From NCBI GenBank assembly GCA_964016885.1, contig OZ024742.1, positions 130,200,001-130,264,000 of the forward strand: a stretch of 64,000 nt of DNA, read 5' to 3'. Made by a program: the position numbers and the translations under genes. Below the pieces are notes generated by a model. The model saw nothing but the letters and a program-made list of their open reading frames with translations, ran no database searches and was not told where the DNA came from. This document shows, piece by piece, positions 45,001-57,930 of the stretch; position 1 is the first letter of the stretch; each line of letters opens with the position of its first letter. This DNA is from Eledone cirrhosa. Lineage: Eukaryota.

Positions 45001-45443
45001 ACTCCGACCTCACACACTTACACCTCACCAAGACAATGTCACTGGACCGAGACCTTTGGCGGTACTCAGTAATAGAGAAGACCCGCCTTGCCAGTAGGCA
45101 TCTCTAACAAAATACACCCCGTCCCACCACCCCATCCACACCACCCCGTTCTATGTAAAGTTATGTTGGTGCCACACCATCCAGGCCGAAACAAATGAGA
45201 TCGTGTAGGTGTCACGACAAAAAAACACACAGTCCACGCTGTAATGTGGCCGTGTAGGCAACACGGTAAAAACCTCCCAGACCCACACTGTAAATGTGGT
45301 TGGTGTTAGGAAGGGCATCCAACTGTAGAAAACCTGCCAGACAGTCCTATGCGAGCAAGACAATCACTCTTGCCTCAAGTGGGACTACCCCCGTCCAAAC
45401 CCATGCAAGCGTGGAACACGGACGTTAAACGTTGATGATGATA
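42052..45443 (+). mobile_element. Near full-length RTE LINE family A: APE endonuclease + RT + PHD; frameshifted by a 10-bp deletion at ~43875
   Basis: EN motifs GTLNVGTL, CIQETRW, GVGI, SAYAP, GDLNGHVG, QVDYIL, SQHR. RT motifs lie in ORFs 42085-43935 and 43875-45107; (GAT)n tail. Confidence 0.96.
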
Positions 45444-47029
45444 TGTGTGTGTGTGTGCGTGTTCATGTTGAGGTGTGAATGTATGTGTCTTTGCATTAGG
45501 ATGGGTTGAAGACCTTTTAGTAGGTGGGAGAATCTTTTGATGGTTCCTTTATTTTTCTAAAATAGAACATCTATTTTCAGAAAGAAAGAAAAAAAAAAAA
45601 GAAAAAAAAAAAAAAAAAAATCAATATTAAGTATTCATCTATAGTTCGAATCTTACCTGGCTACCCTTTGTCTTTCATCTGACTGAAATCAATAAAACCA
45701 GCACCAATCATAGTGGTGTTTGGTTCAAGAAGCTGTCTCATCCACCACCTTCCTTGCCAAATATTATTCACTGGATTGTGGCCATGCTGGGGCAATACCT
45801 TTAAGGGGTTTTAGTTAATTATATTGACCCCAGTGATTATTTCAATATGGTCCTTTTTTTATTCCTCTCTATTTATTGTATCAATAAGTTATATTTTAAC
45901 AAAGGGAGACAACACAGTTCACTCTAGTAAGCATAAATACAGACACATAAAATGGATTTCTGCACAGCTTCTGTTTATCAAATCCTTCCTCAAAGCATTA
46001 GTCAACTTGCAGACATAACCAAATAAATGTTCTCTACATGTTTTGAATATTTTGTGTGTGAGAGAGAGAGAGCGCGAGAGCGAGAGAATAGCAAAGATTC
46101 TGTTCCACTGTAAGAAATAAACAAGGTGGGACAACCGTTACTTAGTTTGACTATCAATCTAGTTCTCTCCCTTATTTGCTTTAGCTGCTAAGAAGACATT
46201 GTAAAATAATTAGCCAGGCAGCATCAACTTCACAAGCCAATGAAGAAGCCTCTATAGCTTACATGATCGTTCACTTTGCTAAAAATAGCACCAAATCTAC
46301 CTAGACTCGTCCTAACAAATGAAAGATGCACTGGAAATATATACATATATACATATATACACACACGTATATTCAAGGCCATCATACCCCATAATGCAAC
46401 TATATTATCAACAATCTTATTTTATGTACTTCTAAATATATATTTTTTTAAACCAGGGTGATGATCACGGCTGGAATAGGTCTCTTCATTTTTATGTCAT
46501 GTATCTTCAGCAATCTCTGCTTAATGGATATTATCCCACTTCAGAATAAACACATCACAGGATTTGAGCCCGATTCCGTCAACTAACAAATCACTCGTTA
46601 ATTGTATTGTTCTAACACTGCTTATAATGATAAAGTGGTTTCGATCACAAGTTGGTCCTAATAGGTCAGACATATGATCAAAAGATATCCCAGCTATGAC
46701 CATCCCAACATTTTTCAAGTATATGGTACCGTAGACAACATCATTGAATGTGTTATTTTTTAAGTAGTTGGAGAGAGATGTTGCTGCTATTTCTAGCAGG
46801 TCTAGCGACTACGTACAAGCTCCTTCGTATAGTGACAGCGGAATATATCTCAGCTAGCACAAAGTGGTTTAATTTAATGTTCTCTTTTCCGATATTTCCC
46901 ACGAACTAACGAGGATGTCTCTACGTATAGGAAATGACAGCCAAACATGAAAAAATTCCTGTGGGGAGGGGAAAACGATTTTGCATAATCGTAAATGTCC
47001 CTGTTCAAATTCAGCAAAATAATAATAGT

Positions 47030-47412
47030 TTCTGTATTAGGCACAAGGCCAACAATTTTGTAGGGAGGCAAAAGTCGAGTAAATCGACCCCAGCGCTTTA
47101 CTTCATTGACCCCGTAAGGATGAAAAGCAAAGCTAACCTCAGCGGGATTTGAAACCAGGACGTACAAAGCATGTAGTCCAACACTTAAACGATACTGTTG
47201 CTTATTTCGAAACTCCACAGAGAAATAAAACAAGGGAGATAACTTTTACTAGATTGATAGCCGAAGTAAATAATTGTTTCTACATTTAGCACAAGGCCAG
47301 CAATCTGAAAAGAAGCTGAAAGTCAATCAAATCGACCCCAGTGTATTAGTGGTGCTTTATTTTATCGACCCCATAAGGGTGAAAGGCAGAACAAACCTTG
47401 ATGGGATTTGAA
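47030..47412 (-). mobile_element. Two tRNA-SINE family 1 copies
   Basis: GCACAAGGCCA.CAAT...ATCGACCCC...GAAAGGCA..CCTC.GCGGGATTTGAA occurs twice. Confidence 0.75.
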
Positions 47413-47997
47413 CGAAGTAAATAATGATAGTCACATGGTTATTTCTTAAAGTGGCACAATAACTCTTATCGCTTTTACAAATGAAGGAAAGAGTATTCAA
47501 AATACATGTTTAACTCCTGATAACGTCGTACGATACACATTTTTAAACATGGCGAAGCCCATCCCTCTCCAGGTCGAACCACAGTCGATTTCTTCCAAAG
47601 ATATAGAGCGATAGGAATAAGAAAGAGAGATAGAGGAAAACTCGACGTCGAGAGGATAAAGGGCAGAGTTGACCTAGACGAGATTTGAACACAATATGTG
47701 TTTAAAGGAGAAGACGTTATGTTGTAAGAGGAAATGAAATAGTTTCAACTGAGTTTAATTTTATGGAGCTGATGGTGTTCCAATCAGGTGATATTTGTGG
47801 GAAGCTAAGGGAATTACAGTCCCTTAGCTATATTATCCCCCATGGTGATGCCGTGCTCAAATGTATTTAAAAGGCAACACCAGTATTCCCTGATGTAGTT
47901 TCAACTGAGTGTTGAAGCTGAGACAGCGAATTAGCTCGCCAAATGTGGTTTTACATTATGGAGCTTGTTACAGGAATAAGTATAAATATATATGCTG

Positions 47998-49420
47998 TGA
48001 TCAGCTTATCGAGTTCCTTGAGGACATCACCCGGATCACTGACAGCGGCTCATGGGTGGATGTTGTTTACCTTGACTTTGCTAAGGCTTTTAATTCTGTG
48101 CCACACAAAAGACTTATGGCAAAACTCTCTGCAATGGGTGTGAGGGATGATCTTTTCGACTGGCTGAAATCCTTCATTCTCAGCCGAAGGGAAGTAGTCA
48201 CGGTTCTAGGACAGCATTCTTCACCATATGAGATGTCATCTGGTGTACCACAGGGATCTGTTCTTGGTCCTCTTTTGTTTGTGGCATATATTAATGACAT
48301 AGATGCCAACTTACAGAATGCCACGGTACTAAAATATGCAGATGACATCAAGCTGTACCTTGAAATCAAAAGGACTGATCCTGAAATTTACAACTCTTTC
48401 CTACAATCAGACCTGGACACAATGCAGCAATGGATCACAGACTGGCAACTGAAGCTGGCTGTGGACAAGTGTACCACCATGCATTTTGGAAGGAAAAATC
48501 CAGCGTCCACATACTCCCTCCACAACACTGACATCAAAAAGTCCTCTTGTGAACGTGACCTAGGCATTACTGTCAGCAACGATTTGCGTTGGACAAAGCA
48601 TGTCTCTAAGATTGTCAAGAAGGCCGAGGGTGTCTTGGCATCACTCAGCAAGACCTTTGTTAGCCGCTCTCCAGCCATCTATTTAAAACTGTATACAGCT
48701 ATGGTGCGACCACACTTGGAATTCGCATCATCAGTCTGGAACCCCTATCTTGCTCGGAACATTGACCTCCTGGAAACTGTTCAGAGACGTGCAACCAAGC
48801 GCATACCCTCCATCAGACACCTACCATACTCTGAACGCCTTGCTTCCCTGGGCATGGATTCATTGAAGCTCCGACGTCTGGCAGTGGACTTGGTGAATAC
48901 CCACAAAGTTTTTAACCATCTCGCCAACTGCAACCCTGAGCGCCTCTTTGATCTCCATGTGTCTAACACACGTGGACATGCCTACAAGATAAGAAAACAG
49001 CACAGCTCCCATGACTTTCGCAGACATTTTTTCACGCTCAGAGTTGCTGAAACATGGAACAAACTGCCTGCGTCAATTGTTAGCTGCCGAGACACTGCAT
49101 CCTTTAAGACACTCATGCTTCCCGAAATACGCCAAAACTACACCTGATGTGCCCCTTCCATACACATGCACACATGTGTGCACTGTTCATTTTACTGATG
49201 TTTGTGCATTGCCCTATGTACTGTACATGCACTTTTTTGATGGGTTGTGGTGCACCTGGGCACTGTGCACAATATTTCATTATTGTTATTGTTATTATAT
49301 CATGACTCATACACTGTTTATTTTCCTGACATTTGTACATTATTCTATGTACTATACATGCACCTTTGATGAGTTGTAGTGCACCTGAGCACTGTACACA
49401 ATAATTTCATTATTATTATA
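47998..49420 (+). mobile_element. 5'-truncated CR1/L2-group LINE (RT C-terminal half, open to the stop at 49147), duplicated 3' end
   Basis: VDVVYLDFAKAF, SGVPQGSVLGPLLF, YADDIKLY, ERDLGI, RPHLEF..VWNP, TRGH, FFTLRV..WNKLP; (ATT)n tails. Confidence 0.93.
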
Positions 49421-49424
49421 TATA

Positions 49425-50228
49425 ACTGGCATAAATTCTATAAAATGCACACAATGCAGGTCCTGGGTACACAAGAGATGTAGCGGGATAGCAGGCAAAC
49501 TAACAGGTAGGAAGAAATATGTATGCAGTAGATGTACAGGGAAATTAGACAGTAGAAGTCGCACTGATAGACACATTTTTCAAATGCGAGAGGGCGCTAT
49601 AGAAGTGGTGGATAGCTTCCGGTACCTAGGAGATCAGATTAGCATGGGAGGAGGGTGTTCCGAGGCCATAGTATCTAGAATAAGGACGGGTTGGAAGAAG
49701 TTTAGGGAGCTGCTTCCTCTGTTGACGAAGAAGGGTTTCTCCCTGCGTACGAAAGGCCGGTTGTATGATGCCTGTGTGAGGAGCGCGATGCTGCATGGTA
49801 GTGAGACATGGGCAGCAACCGCAGAGGATATGCGACGGCTGGAGAGAAATGAGGCAAGCATGCTCCGTTGGATGTGCAGTGTAAATGTGCGTGAACGACC
49901 CAGCATAAATGTGTTGAGAGAGAAACTGTGTCTGAGAGGGATAGAATGTAGTGTACGGGAGAGGAGACTGAGGTGGTATGGACATGTGATGCGCATGGAG
50001 GATGACCGATGGGTGAAGAAGTGCCAGGAAATGCCAGTTGAAGGAAGACGTGGTAGAGGTAGACCACGAAAAACATGGGCAGAGGTGGTGAGAACAGACC
50101 TCAGATCATTGAAGCTCACGATGGAGATGACGAGGGACCGTGACGAGTGGAGAGATGCTGTGCTGAATAAGACCCGTCCCACCCTTGCAAGCAGGGAAAA
50201 GCGGACGTAAAATGATGATGATGATGAT
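49425..50228 (+). mobile_element. 5'-truncated RTE LINE family C
   Basis: [43 protein letters not shown]; (GAT)n tail. Confidence 0.92.
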
Positions 50229-50819
50229 AAATCGAGCTAAATAGAGAACCTATACATAGTTTTTCAACCTACTAGAAATAACAACCAGATCGCCCTCAAA
50301 TTTCAAAGAGATGTACGTTGGTTTATGTCGTCTTAGATACACCATACAAAAAAAAAAAAATATATAGATACACCACGTAAATATATATATGTGTGTGTGT
50401 GTGTGCAGGGGTGGTCACAGCTGGAACGCCTTTGATATAATAGAGCTATTTGATCAGAGTTGCTCACCTGATTAAGGGCTGAATAACGAAGAGCGTTGAG
50501 ATAATTGATATTGTTTTGTTATTATCAATCAACCGTAATAAATTATATGAAAAAATATTCTGGTATATCATTGGGTGCCAGGTTCAAACCCACTGCAAAT
50601 CCCCTTGGCAAATGTCTAATACTATAATTAGTGGACTCATACTGTCAATAATAATGACAATAGCCTGGTTAATTCAGGTTAAGTCTGCAAATTGATTAAT
50701 TCTTTGTAGAGAGAATTTGCTGAACAGAAATTGTGCAGAAGTCCATTTTATATGTGTCTATGTGCCTGAGTACAAGAAGCATTTTGTGTCAAATACTACA
50801 TGCACTTACATGGTAAATA

Positions 50820-51005
50820 ATTGTTTCTCCTTTTGGCACAAAGCCAGCAATTATCCCAGTGAATTACTGGTGCTTTATTTTATCGACCCCGAAAGGATGA
50901 AAGGCAAAGTTAACCTCGGCGGGATTTGAATTCAGATCATAAAAGACCGTAATTCTATGTTGCAAAGCATGGCGTCCGATCCTCTACCGAGACAGCCAAT
51001 TCCCC
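50820..51005 (-). mobile_element. tRNA-SINE family 1
   Basis: Reverse complement closely matches 14207-14380. Confidence 0.82.
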
Positions 51006-51129
51006 ATAATGGTTAAAATACCCACAAAATGTTTAAAATAACCACTACAAATGCTTCTCACTCAGGGTTTCAAAGACTTGGTCATGGCACCTATTTCAAA
51101 TATTTGCTTAAAATAAAACCTGGCGCTTC

Positions 51130-51430
51130 TTAAATTTTGGCATTTGTAGAGATATCAGGGCAACAAAAAGCTGACAATCGATCCCATACTCCTACAGAAC
51201 ATTCCACAGCAGGTCCCGAGTAATGCAATCATATGCCTTTTCGAGGTTTACACAACAATAATATACCTCTTGGCAATACTGACATGATTTTCCGAAGACT
51301 TGCTGCAGTGTGAATATTTTGCTCGGCTGTAATGTGTTCAGTGCAAAAAATAAGACTGTTCATCAACTAGCTTGGTCTCGACAATCTCCCTACATTGCCT
51401 TGCCAGACACTTAGCATAGACATTACTGGG
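51130..51430 (-). mobile_element. Old RTE RT fragment
   Basis: Minus strand reads NLEKAYDCITRDLLWNVL*EYGI. Confidence 0.7.
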
Positions 51431-52331
51431 GAGGTTTAATAAGTTTAAGTCTAACTTCATATATTTAACAACCGGAGATGACAGACACAATAACTTTTAA
51501 AGTGGAGCACATTTACAAAATCGGCCTCCACAGGATTTGAATTTAAACTGTGAAAGTGTGGAATTAAAAATTGTAAGGCTAATTGATCAGGAACGAATTC
51601 TTGGTGTATATCAAAAGAAAGTTTATAATATAACTTCAGTTATATGGAATACCAAGGATGTTTCAATTTAGGTATATAAATTTTTTTATCGATAAACTGA
51701 ATGATACCAACTTGTTCTCTGAGAGCAAATGTCGCAGTCAATTGCAGCCTACCAATAAATTTGGATTCAGTTGAGTCCCAGAAAGGGAAGAGTCGTGCTA
51801 AGCATGTCTTACTTGTATATTTTAATTGGTTTAGGTAGTTTGCTTTTTATCCCCCCCCCCCTCCATCATTTCAACTCGCATTCCTTTCATTGTCTACCAT
51901 TTTATATACCTAAAGCGAAACATGCCCGGTATAGAACTAAAATTTTCAGCAAAAAGTAAGACAATAAATTTTTAAAAAAGTATTAGTATAGAAAGACACC
52001 CCACCGATTTCAGTGGGAAATAATTTTATTTCTTCATGTGCTATCAATTAAAGTTACCTCCTAATATGGTTGGGTTAGAGTTAGGGTCTAAAGAAAACTC
52101 TGGGAGGGGGTGGGGAGAGGTTCGAGAGTTCCTTCATTCCAGGGATGGACACCCCACGCCCTTTTTTTAAAACATTGTGTTGATAAAGTGTAATTTCATT
52201 AGAATTAATAAACAAGACATGTAATTTCATTAGAATTAATAAACAAATGTTGTTTTAAAAATAAAACAATGGAAATTTATAAATATTATCAAGAAGAAAT
52301 AAGACTTAATGTCTGTTGCTTATCAGTTCAC

Positions 52332-52375
52332 CTTTTGTTGGAGTTTAATGTCTTCGAAGGCATTTTCTCATGCAT
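52332..52375 (-). CDS. IQCG: IQCG/DRC9-like gene, putative first coding exon
   Basis: ATG..MHEKMPSKTLNSNK+AG|GTGAAC. The phase-2 donor joins the 18293 acceptor in frame (AG+A = Arg). It lies just downstream of X-box and forkhead motifs. Confidence 0.6.
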
Positions 52376-52416
52376 TTCGTTCAGTTTTTTCTATAATTAT
52401 TACTATACGGGGCACC

Positions 52417-52512
52417 TGTTTACGTTAATTGTATATGTTGGTTGCTAACCACGCTCTTCGGTGAATAAGGCGAGTTTGAAGACTTACCCAGAATCCAATA
52501 GTGTTCCTTTTC
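52417..52512. promoter_or_regulatory. Compact bidirectional promoter: forkhead site, RFX X-box-like site, TCT initiator
   Basis: TGTTTAC 52417-52423; GTTGCTAACCAC 52441-52452 (GTGGTT-AGCAAC on -, fits GTNRYY-RGYAAC); TCCTTTTC TCT/TOP motif 52505-52512. Confidence 0.6.
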
Positions 52513-52530
52513 CGGTTATCATTCTAACTG
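52507..52530 (+). other. RPL35A: RPL35A non-coding exon 1 (5'-TOP)
   Basis: Pyrimidine start CTTTTCC typical of ribosomal protein mRNAs, followed by a consensus donor CTG|GTGAGT. Confidence 0.75.
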
Positions 52531-54330
52531 GTGAGTTGTGCTTCATATATATGTGTTATTTTTGTTCATATTTTAGAATTTTAGGTAAATATTTTAAATT
52601 AATTGTAATTGTATATTATTTTATGAATATTCAACTTTGTAATCGTTTAATTTTAAATCATGGATGGTATATAACAATGATGATTTAAATCGATATTTTT
52701 CTGTCGTGACTGACACGCTGACATCTGTTAAATAATCGAATACAGATCTTTCTTTTCTGTTTTACTAATTAAATTTTCTCAAATAACTTATTCAACAGTA
52801 ATTATTTCTAACTTATACTGTTATTTATTTATTTTGTATCGAATAAATACATGTGCATAACGGTACACGTACTATTTTTTTCGGCGCTCGTTCACTTTAT
52901 AGTAATCTTCACTTTTATCATTATCAAATTATACCTCGTGTCTGCACACTATTATATATAATTTCTTGTTTCTAATAGTACACAATATGACCAAAGGTAG
53001 AATGTTGATTATATCGCTAAATCTAAGGAAATGTTACACGACCTGATAATTGCTTTTGTCTCTTATGCATACAAAACCCTTTCGAATTTCTTTAATGACT
53101 GGTCGGGGAAACACACTTATAGACGCCTACTGCATTAAACCTTAGTAGTAAAGTTGTCGCTTACATTCATTGACTATTCGATAAATAGCCTAGACTCGCA
53201 TACCCAACACTCACACATTTCAATATTGGTGAAACATAGCGAATACTTTACATCTAAAGTGCTTTATAATCTAGTTTTTAACGGGCTCCATGTTATAATG
53301 CAATATGTTCGATTGAGTTTTAGATACATGCTGCCGTTAATCAGTGTTTCGTTACAAATATTTTGTATAGAATAACTATTGGCTCTTCACTGTCAAGCAT
53401 GAAATTAAAGTTATTTTTTACGTTTGTGTTTATTTCCTACCAACTAGATTTTGTTATGGGGAAGAAGAAAAAATATATTACCTTTTTAAATTTTGTTTAA
53501 AGGGGGCATTGGGAATATTACACGTTTGTTTATCAATATCCTCGACAGGAGTCTTTCAATTTTCTACTGTGCAAAATGGAAACGTTAGGATGTAATATTA
53601 AAATACCTCCCTTTACAAATTCCTTTAGAGTTTATTCTCTCCCAAACTAAACAAGGGATGGCACAGTTACTGCAACATTATTTGCTATACTGATACTAGT
53701 AATCAACGAAAAAAGGATGTGTGTGTATATATATTTATATAATCACCATTGTTAAAACACGTGTTTTTGTCTAGTCGGGAGAGTGGAAGAAAAGGGAGAT
53801 CCTGCGCCGTCTGTTTGAATTTATACTATTTTGGTGTATGGGTCGATCTCAAATGTTTGTGGTCGAGCCTGTGGCAATGAAGACTTCTGGTGTTCTTGGT
53901 CCCCGGATCACATCCGTATTCACTTGTCTGGTGCGGAGTTGGAGGGGCTGTTCCAACGCGTCTCCTTCACCGTCCGCTGGTACCACATGCCAGATTAACC
54001 CTTAAATGAGAGTGAAGTTTGTTGCAACAATTTTAGGTGCCATTTCTCTGAAAGTTGCAGCATATAAACATCTTTTTTTTTAATATCAACCTACTTGAAA
54101 CTGCCCTGCTTTTCTGTAATACATACAATCATCAATCAGATTTGGTCTGAAAGAAGACATGGTGTAGTACGTACGTACAGACAGGAAACTCATTCCAAGG
54201 AACTAGAGCTAGCTTTCAGAGAGTCTGATCATCATAGTTGTCTTAACTTTGCCAATAACTACTGTAAATACAGAACATTTTGATAAATAATGATTGTGGT
54301 TGATTTCATTTCTGTTCTTTTTAGATTATC

Positions 54331-54407
54331 ATGTCGGAGGGTGAATCAAAGACAGCAGCCCCTGTGGCTAAAACCAAGAAAAAGACTCCAAAACGAGTGC
54401 CTGGCAG
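54331..54407 (+). CDS. RPL35A: 60S ribosomal protein L35a (eL33), coding exon 1
   Basis: Acceptor ttttag at 54324; MSEGESKTAAPVAKTKKKTPKRVPG+AG|GTAATA. Confidence 0.88.
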
Positions 54408-54938
54408 GTAATATTTTTGGTATTTTTAGTCACTAGTTCTATATAATGTTCATAATTACTATTTGGTCTTTCTAACCAGAATATGATGTCATTTAATCCA
54501 TGTTGGACTGGTCATCTCCGACTTGGAAGAGGAGGGGGTTCCACGTCTCACATGCTTTATCAAGGCAACGGGGGGGGGGGGGTCTTCAACCAACTTCCTA
54601 TGCCTCATTTGCATGTGGTTGAACATGTCAAATCATACAAAGGAAACATGAAATAGTGAGTGTTTAGTTCAAGTTAAAGTTTTGGGGGATCAAGCTTGCA
54701 ACCTCTAACCTCTTAACCCTTTAGCATTTACGTTACCCTATATTTACTATTATATTTTCATGTACTTCATGATGTCAAATCTGAGATTTTGATATTTATT
54801 TTGTTTATTGATATATGAACGTTTTCTTTGAAACTTAAGAGGTTCTTAAATATATTACAAACATTTTATTTGTTATATATATGTCCAGTAAGTTCCTTTC
54901 ATAACTCTTTATAAAATACTTATCTTTTTTTATTTCAG

Positions 54939-55091
54939 ACTTTATGTTAAAGCTGTATTCACAGGTTATAAACGAGGTTTAAGAAATCAATATGAACATA
55001 CTGCTCTCTTGAAGATTGATGGTGTTTACAAAAGAGATGAAACAAGCTTTTATCTTGGAAAAAAATGTGCTTATGTATACAAAGCTAAAAG
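54939..55091 (+). CDS. RPL35A: RPL35A coding exon 2
   Basis: (R)[50 protein letters not shown]; tttcag / GTAAGT. Confidence 0.97.
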
Positions 55092-55105
55092 GTAAGTCTT
55101 AATTA

Positions 55106-56357
55106 CTGTATATACTCGAAAATAAGCCAAGACAGGTAATCAATACATTATGTTTAGATGCTGTGGTTTGGGGGTTCTCATGGGTGGAGAATATATTTAT
55201 GAAGTTTTGATATTCAAGATGTTTAGAGCATAGGTTTTGTTTCTAAAATCCATTGCTTAATGATATTTTACCAATTTCCGACCATTTTGACGGCTATATT
55301 CATTTAAAATGCATCAAAATCAATATCAAAAATGAGGCGAAAGTGAAACTTGTGTAATATCTACCGCATTTCAGCACCTGGTTTACATAGAATTTTGAAG
55401 TTGGTGAAGGCAAAATATTGACCTCAAATATCAGTTTACCTCAGCCCCACTTTTTACCATCTGTAGGTGTTTTTTTAATCTCATATTCCTTGTATATCAT
55501 TTTTAAATTCCATGCGTGTTTTTATTGTCAATGGGTGGTAGGTCTCTGAATGGTCATTTTGCCTGCTGGGAGTAGCAGCAAAATCTGCAAATTTTCCTTT
55601 GAAAGAAGGAAACGTTGGATAATTTAGTCCTAAATACATTATGCCTGTGGGAATACAGAATGTCAAATGTGAGTGATTTTAACTTGTCCTGAACTACATT
55701 AGCAAGTGGTTCAGTATAATGGCTGAATCACATTAACAAATTAGTCTTTACTACAACAAAGTTTCACAGTGATCTATCCATTGTAAATATTTGAATTAAC
55801 AAAACATGTTCTGCCAATTTATTATGAGCATCTGTATTTTTCTGATTTCTGGGAGGTCAGTAACTCCACTTCCATACTGACTTGGTAGGCCTATATAGCC
55901 CTTGCTAGCAGGAAAAGGGAACGTTAAATGATGATGATAGTGGTGGTTTCCCTGGTCTATAAAGTCATAAGTAAGGTATTTTGTCTTTACACATGGAGCC
56001 ACGACACTTATTTATTGCAGAGCATGAATTGTCACCATTAGTAATATGAATGGTGACGACTTACACATATACACACACTCATTGATCACATACTATTACT
56101 TGGGCCAATGTGCCACAAAGTGGATACTGCCTTGTTGGTTTCGACATGTTTAACTTGTGAAGCACTCAGCCATATCTGTACCAAACCCATGCACTTAATT
56201 AGAAAGTATATTTTCAAAATATTGTCTCATTAAAAATGTTAACAAAGGGATTTAAAATACTAATTTACCAACTTGTATATAAGCCAAGAAATATGTATGT
56301 AACACAAGCATTGGTGCTAGAATTTGGGTCGGCTTATATTCAAGCTTAATATTTGGC
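55106..56357. mobile_element. Degraded TcMar (Tc2/pogo-like) non-autonomous DNA transposon
   Basis: TA|CTGTATATACTCGAAAATAAGCC at the left end; GGCTTATATTCAAG..ATATTTGG at the right, with an internal repeat of the motif at ~56272. Confidence 0.5.
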
Positions 56358-57782
56358 AAATTTTCACAAACTTCAAAATTCTGTATAAATATATATATTT
56401 TTGCTTTTGGTGGGGGGTGGGGAGTTGTTACACCAGTTTCACTTTCAATGAAACTTCAAAAATTCGTAAGCTTTCAAAACAATCGGATATTGATTTTTTA
56501 AGAACATCAAAATATTAAAAGTTCATAAATATATTCTCGACTCATGAGAATTTCAAAACAGCACTGAAGAGTTCCCTTTTTTTGGAGTGGTTCCTATAGC
56601 TGGATGCATTTTGCATGACACCAGCTCTAGATGTTCTGTTGTAACTGAAGGACCCTTTCATCCCTATTTGGCATGGTTTCAACAGCTGAGATAAGCTAGA
56701 TACCAGTTTTAATGTTGAAAATGCTGGGAGTATGCTTTAGAGTGAATGTGGTGCACTGGCAGTCATTAGAATGTTCATAGTATTTATTGCGGCTTCTTTC
56801 TTTTTTATTTATATCACTGTGACAATTGTATAACTGAATTGGGAGCTGAGGGCCCATGCAGCTTTGATGTTAGCTTATCATTCTTTTTATTATCTTCTCC
56901 CTGTCAGAGGGATGTGTGTTTGACAATATGTAATCATATTGTACACTATCAGATTTACCATGCACTTAATTCAGTCTCCAATCTATGACACACAGTCTTG
57001 ATTGGTATATTATGAGTGCTATAGAAAATCTGAATCTAAATAATATATATCCAACTAAAATGGTTTGATTAATTTAGATTCAGGACAAGTTTGATATTTT
57101 ATGCTTCCGTGTTCAAAAAGAATGAGTTCTGTATTTAGTTTATTTGTTTCATTCAGTCCTGAATAGTAAACCTATCTTTGAAAGTATCTCAAAATGGTAG
57201 GATGTAATTGATTTCTGTGGCTAAGTTTTATTCCAATTGCATTTTATCAATTTGAATGCATATTTTCACCAAAATAACTCTAGATTTACTTTGGTCTCTT
57301 GTCCTTAGAACACTTGAGAAACTCATGTATTGGCTGTTGTGTGAATGCAGAAGTTCGATTGTCGAGCAAAGTGTTGCTTTTATCAATTGTAATATTAGGG
57401 AGAATTTTAGATTAGAAATTTAAAATTCTTGGTTTATAATTTAATTGATAATTCTTAACATCCTCTAATGATTTGGCAGAAAATGAGCTTGTTGATTCAA
57501 ATGTTTAAACATTCCTGCTAAAGTCTCTCTACAATTCACGATTTCCCATTGCTCCTTACTGGGGTTTCTATCGTCTGAGAGTTGCGTGATGAGTGTGACA
57601 TGTTTGAAAATTTGCAATATTAAGAGTTATGTCTTCAATTTTAATGAGGGTGCTGTCAATGCTGATATATATTTTTCAAGAATGTCTTGCACTAATGTGG
57701 TGCAGGACATTTGGGTTAATACTAACTATAAAACATCCATTCTTCAATAATAATGATCTCAAATATATTTTTTATTTTTTAG

Positions 57783-57930
57783 GAAAACAAGAATTCCAGG
57801 CACCAAAACTGCAGGTCACATTCGTATAGTTTGGGGCAAAGTAACCCGTCCCCATGGAAACAGTGGTGCTGTACGTGCAAAGTTTAAGAAGAATTTACCT
57901 GCTACAGCTATTGGAAGACGTATTCGAGTT
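57783..57930 (+). CDS. RPL35A: RPL35A coding exon 3
   Basis: (R)[49 protein letters not shown]; ttttag / GTAAGT. Confidence 0.97.

Noticed and set aside
53020-53046. Resemblance to a U13-like antisense to the 18S 3' end (GGAAATGTTACACGACCTGA)
   Set aside because: Complementarity is interrupted and there is no good box C or terminal stem.
57586-57665. C/D box snoRNA candidate (GTGATGA...CTGA)
   Set aside because: No terminal stem and only ~8 nt of plausible rRNA complementarity; cannot be supported without a search.
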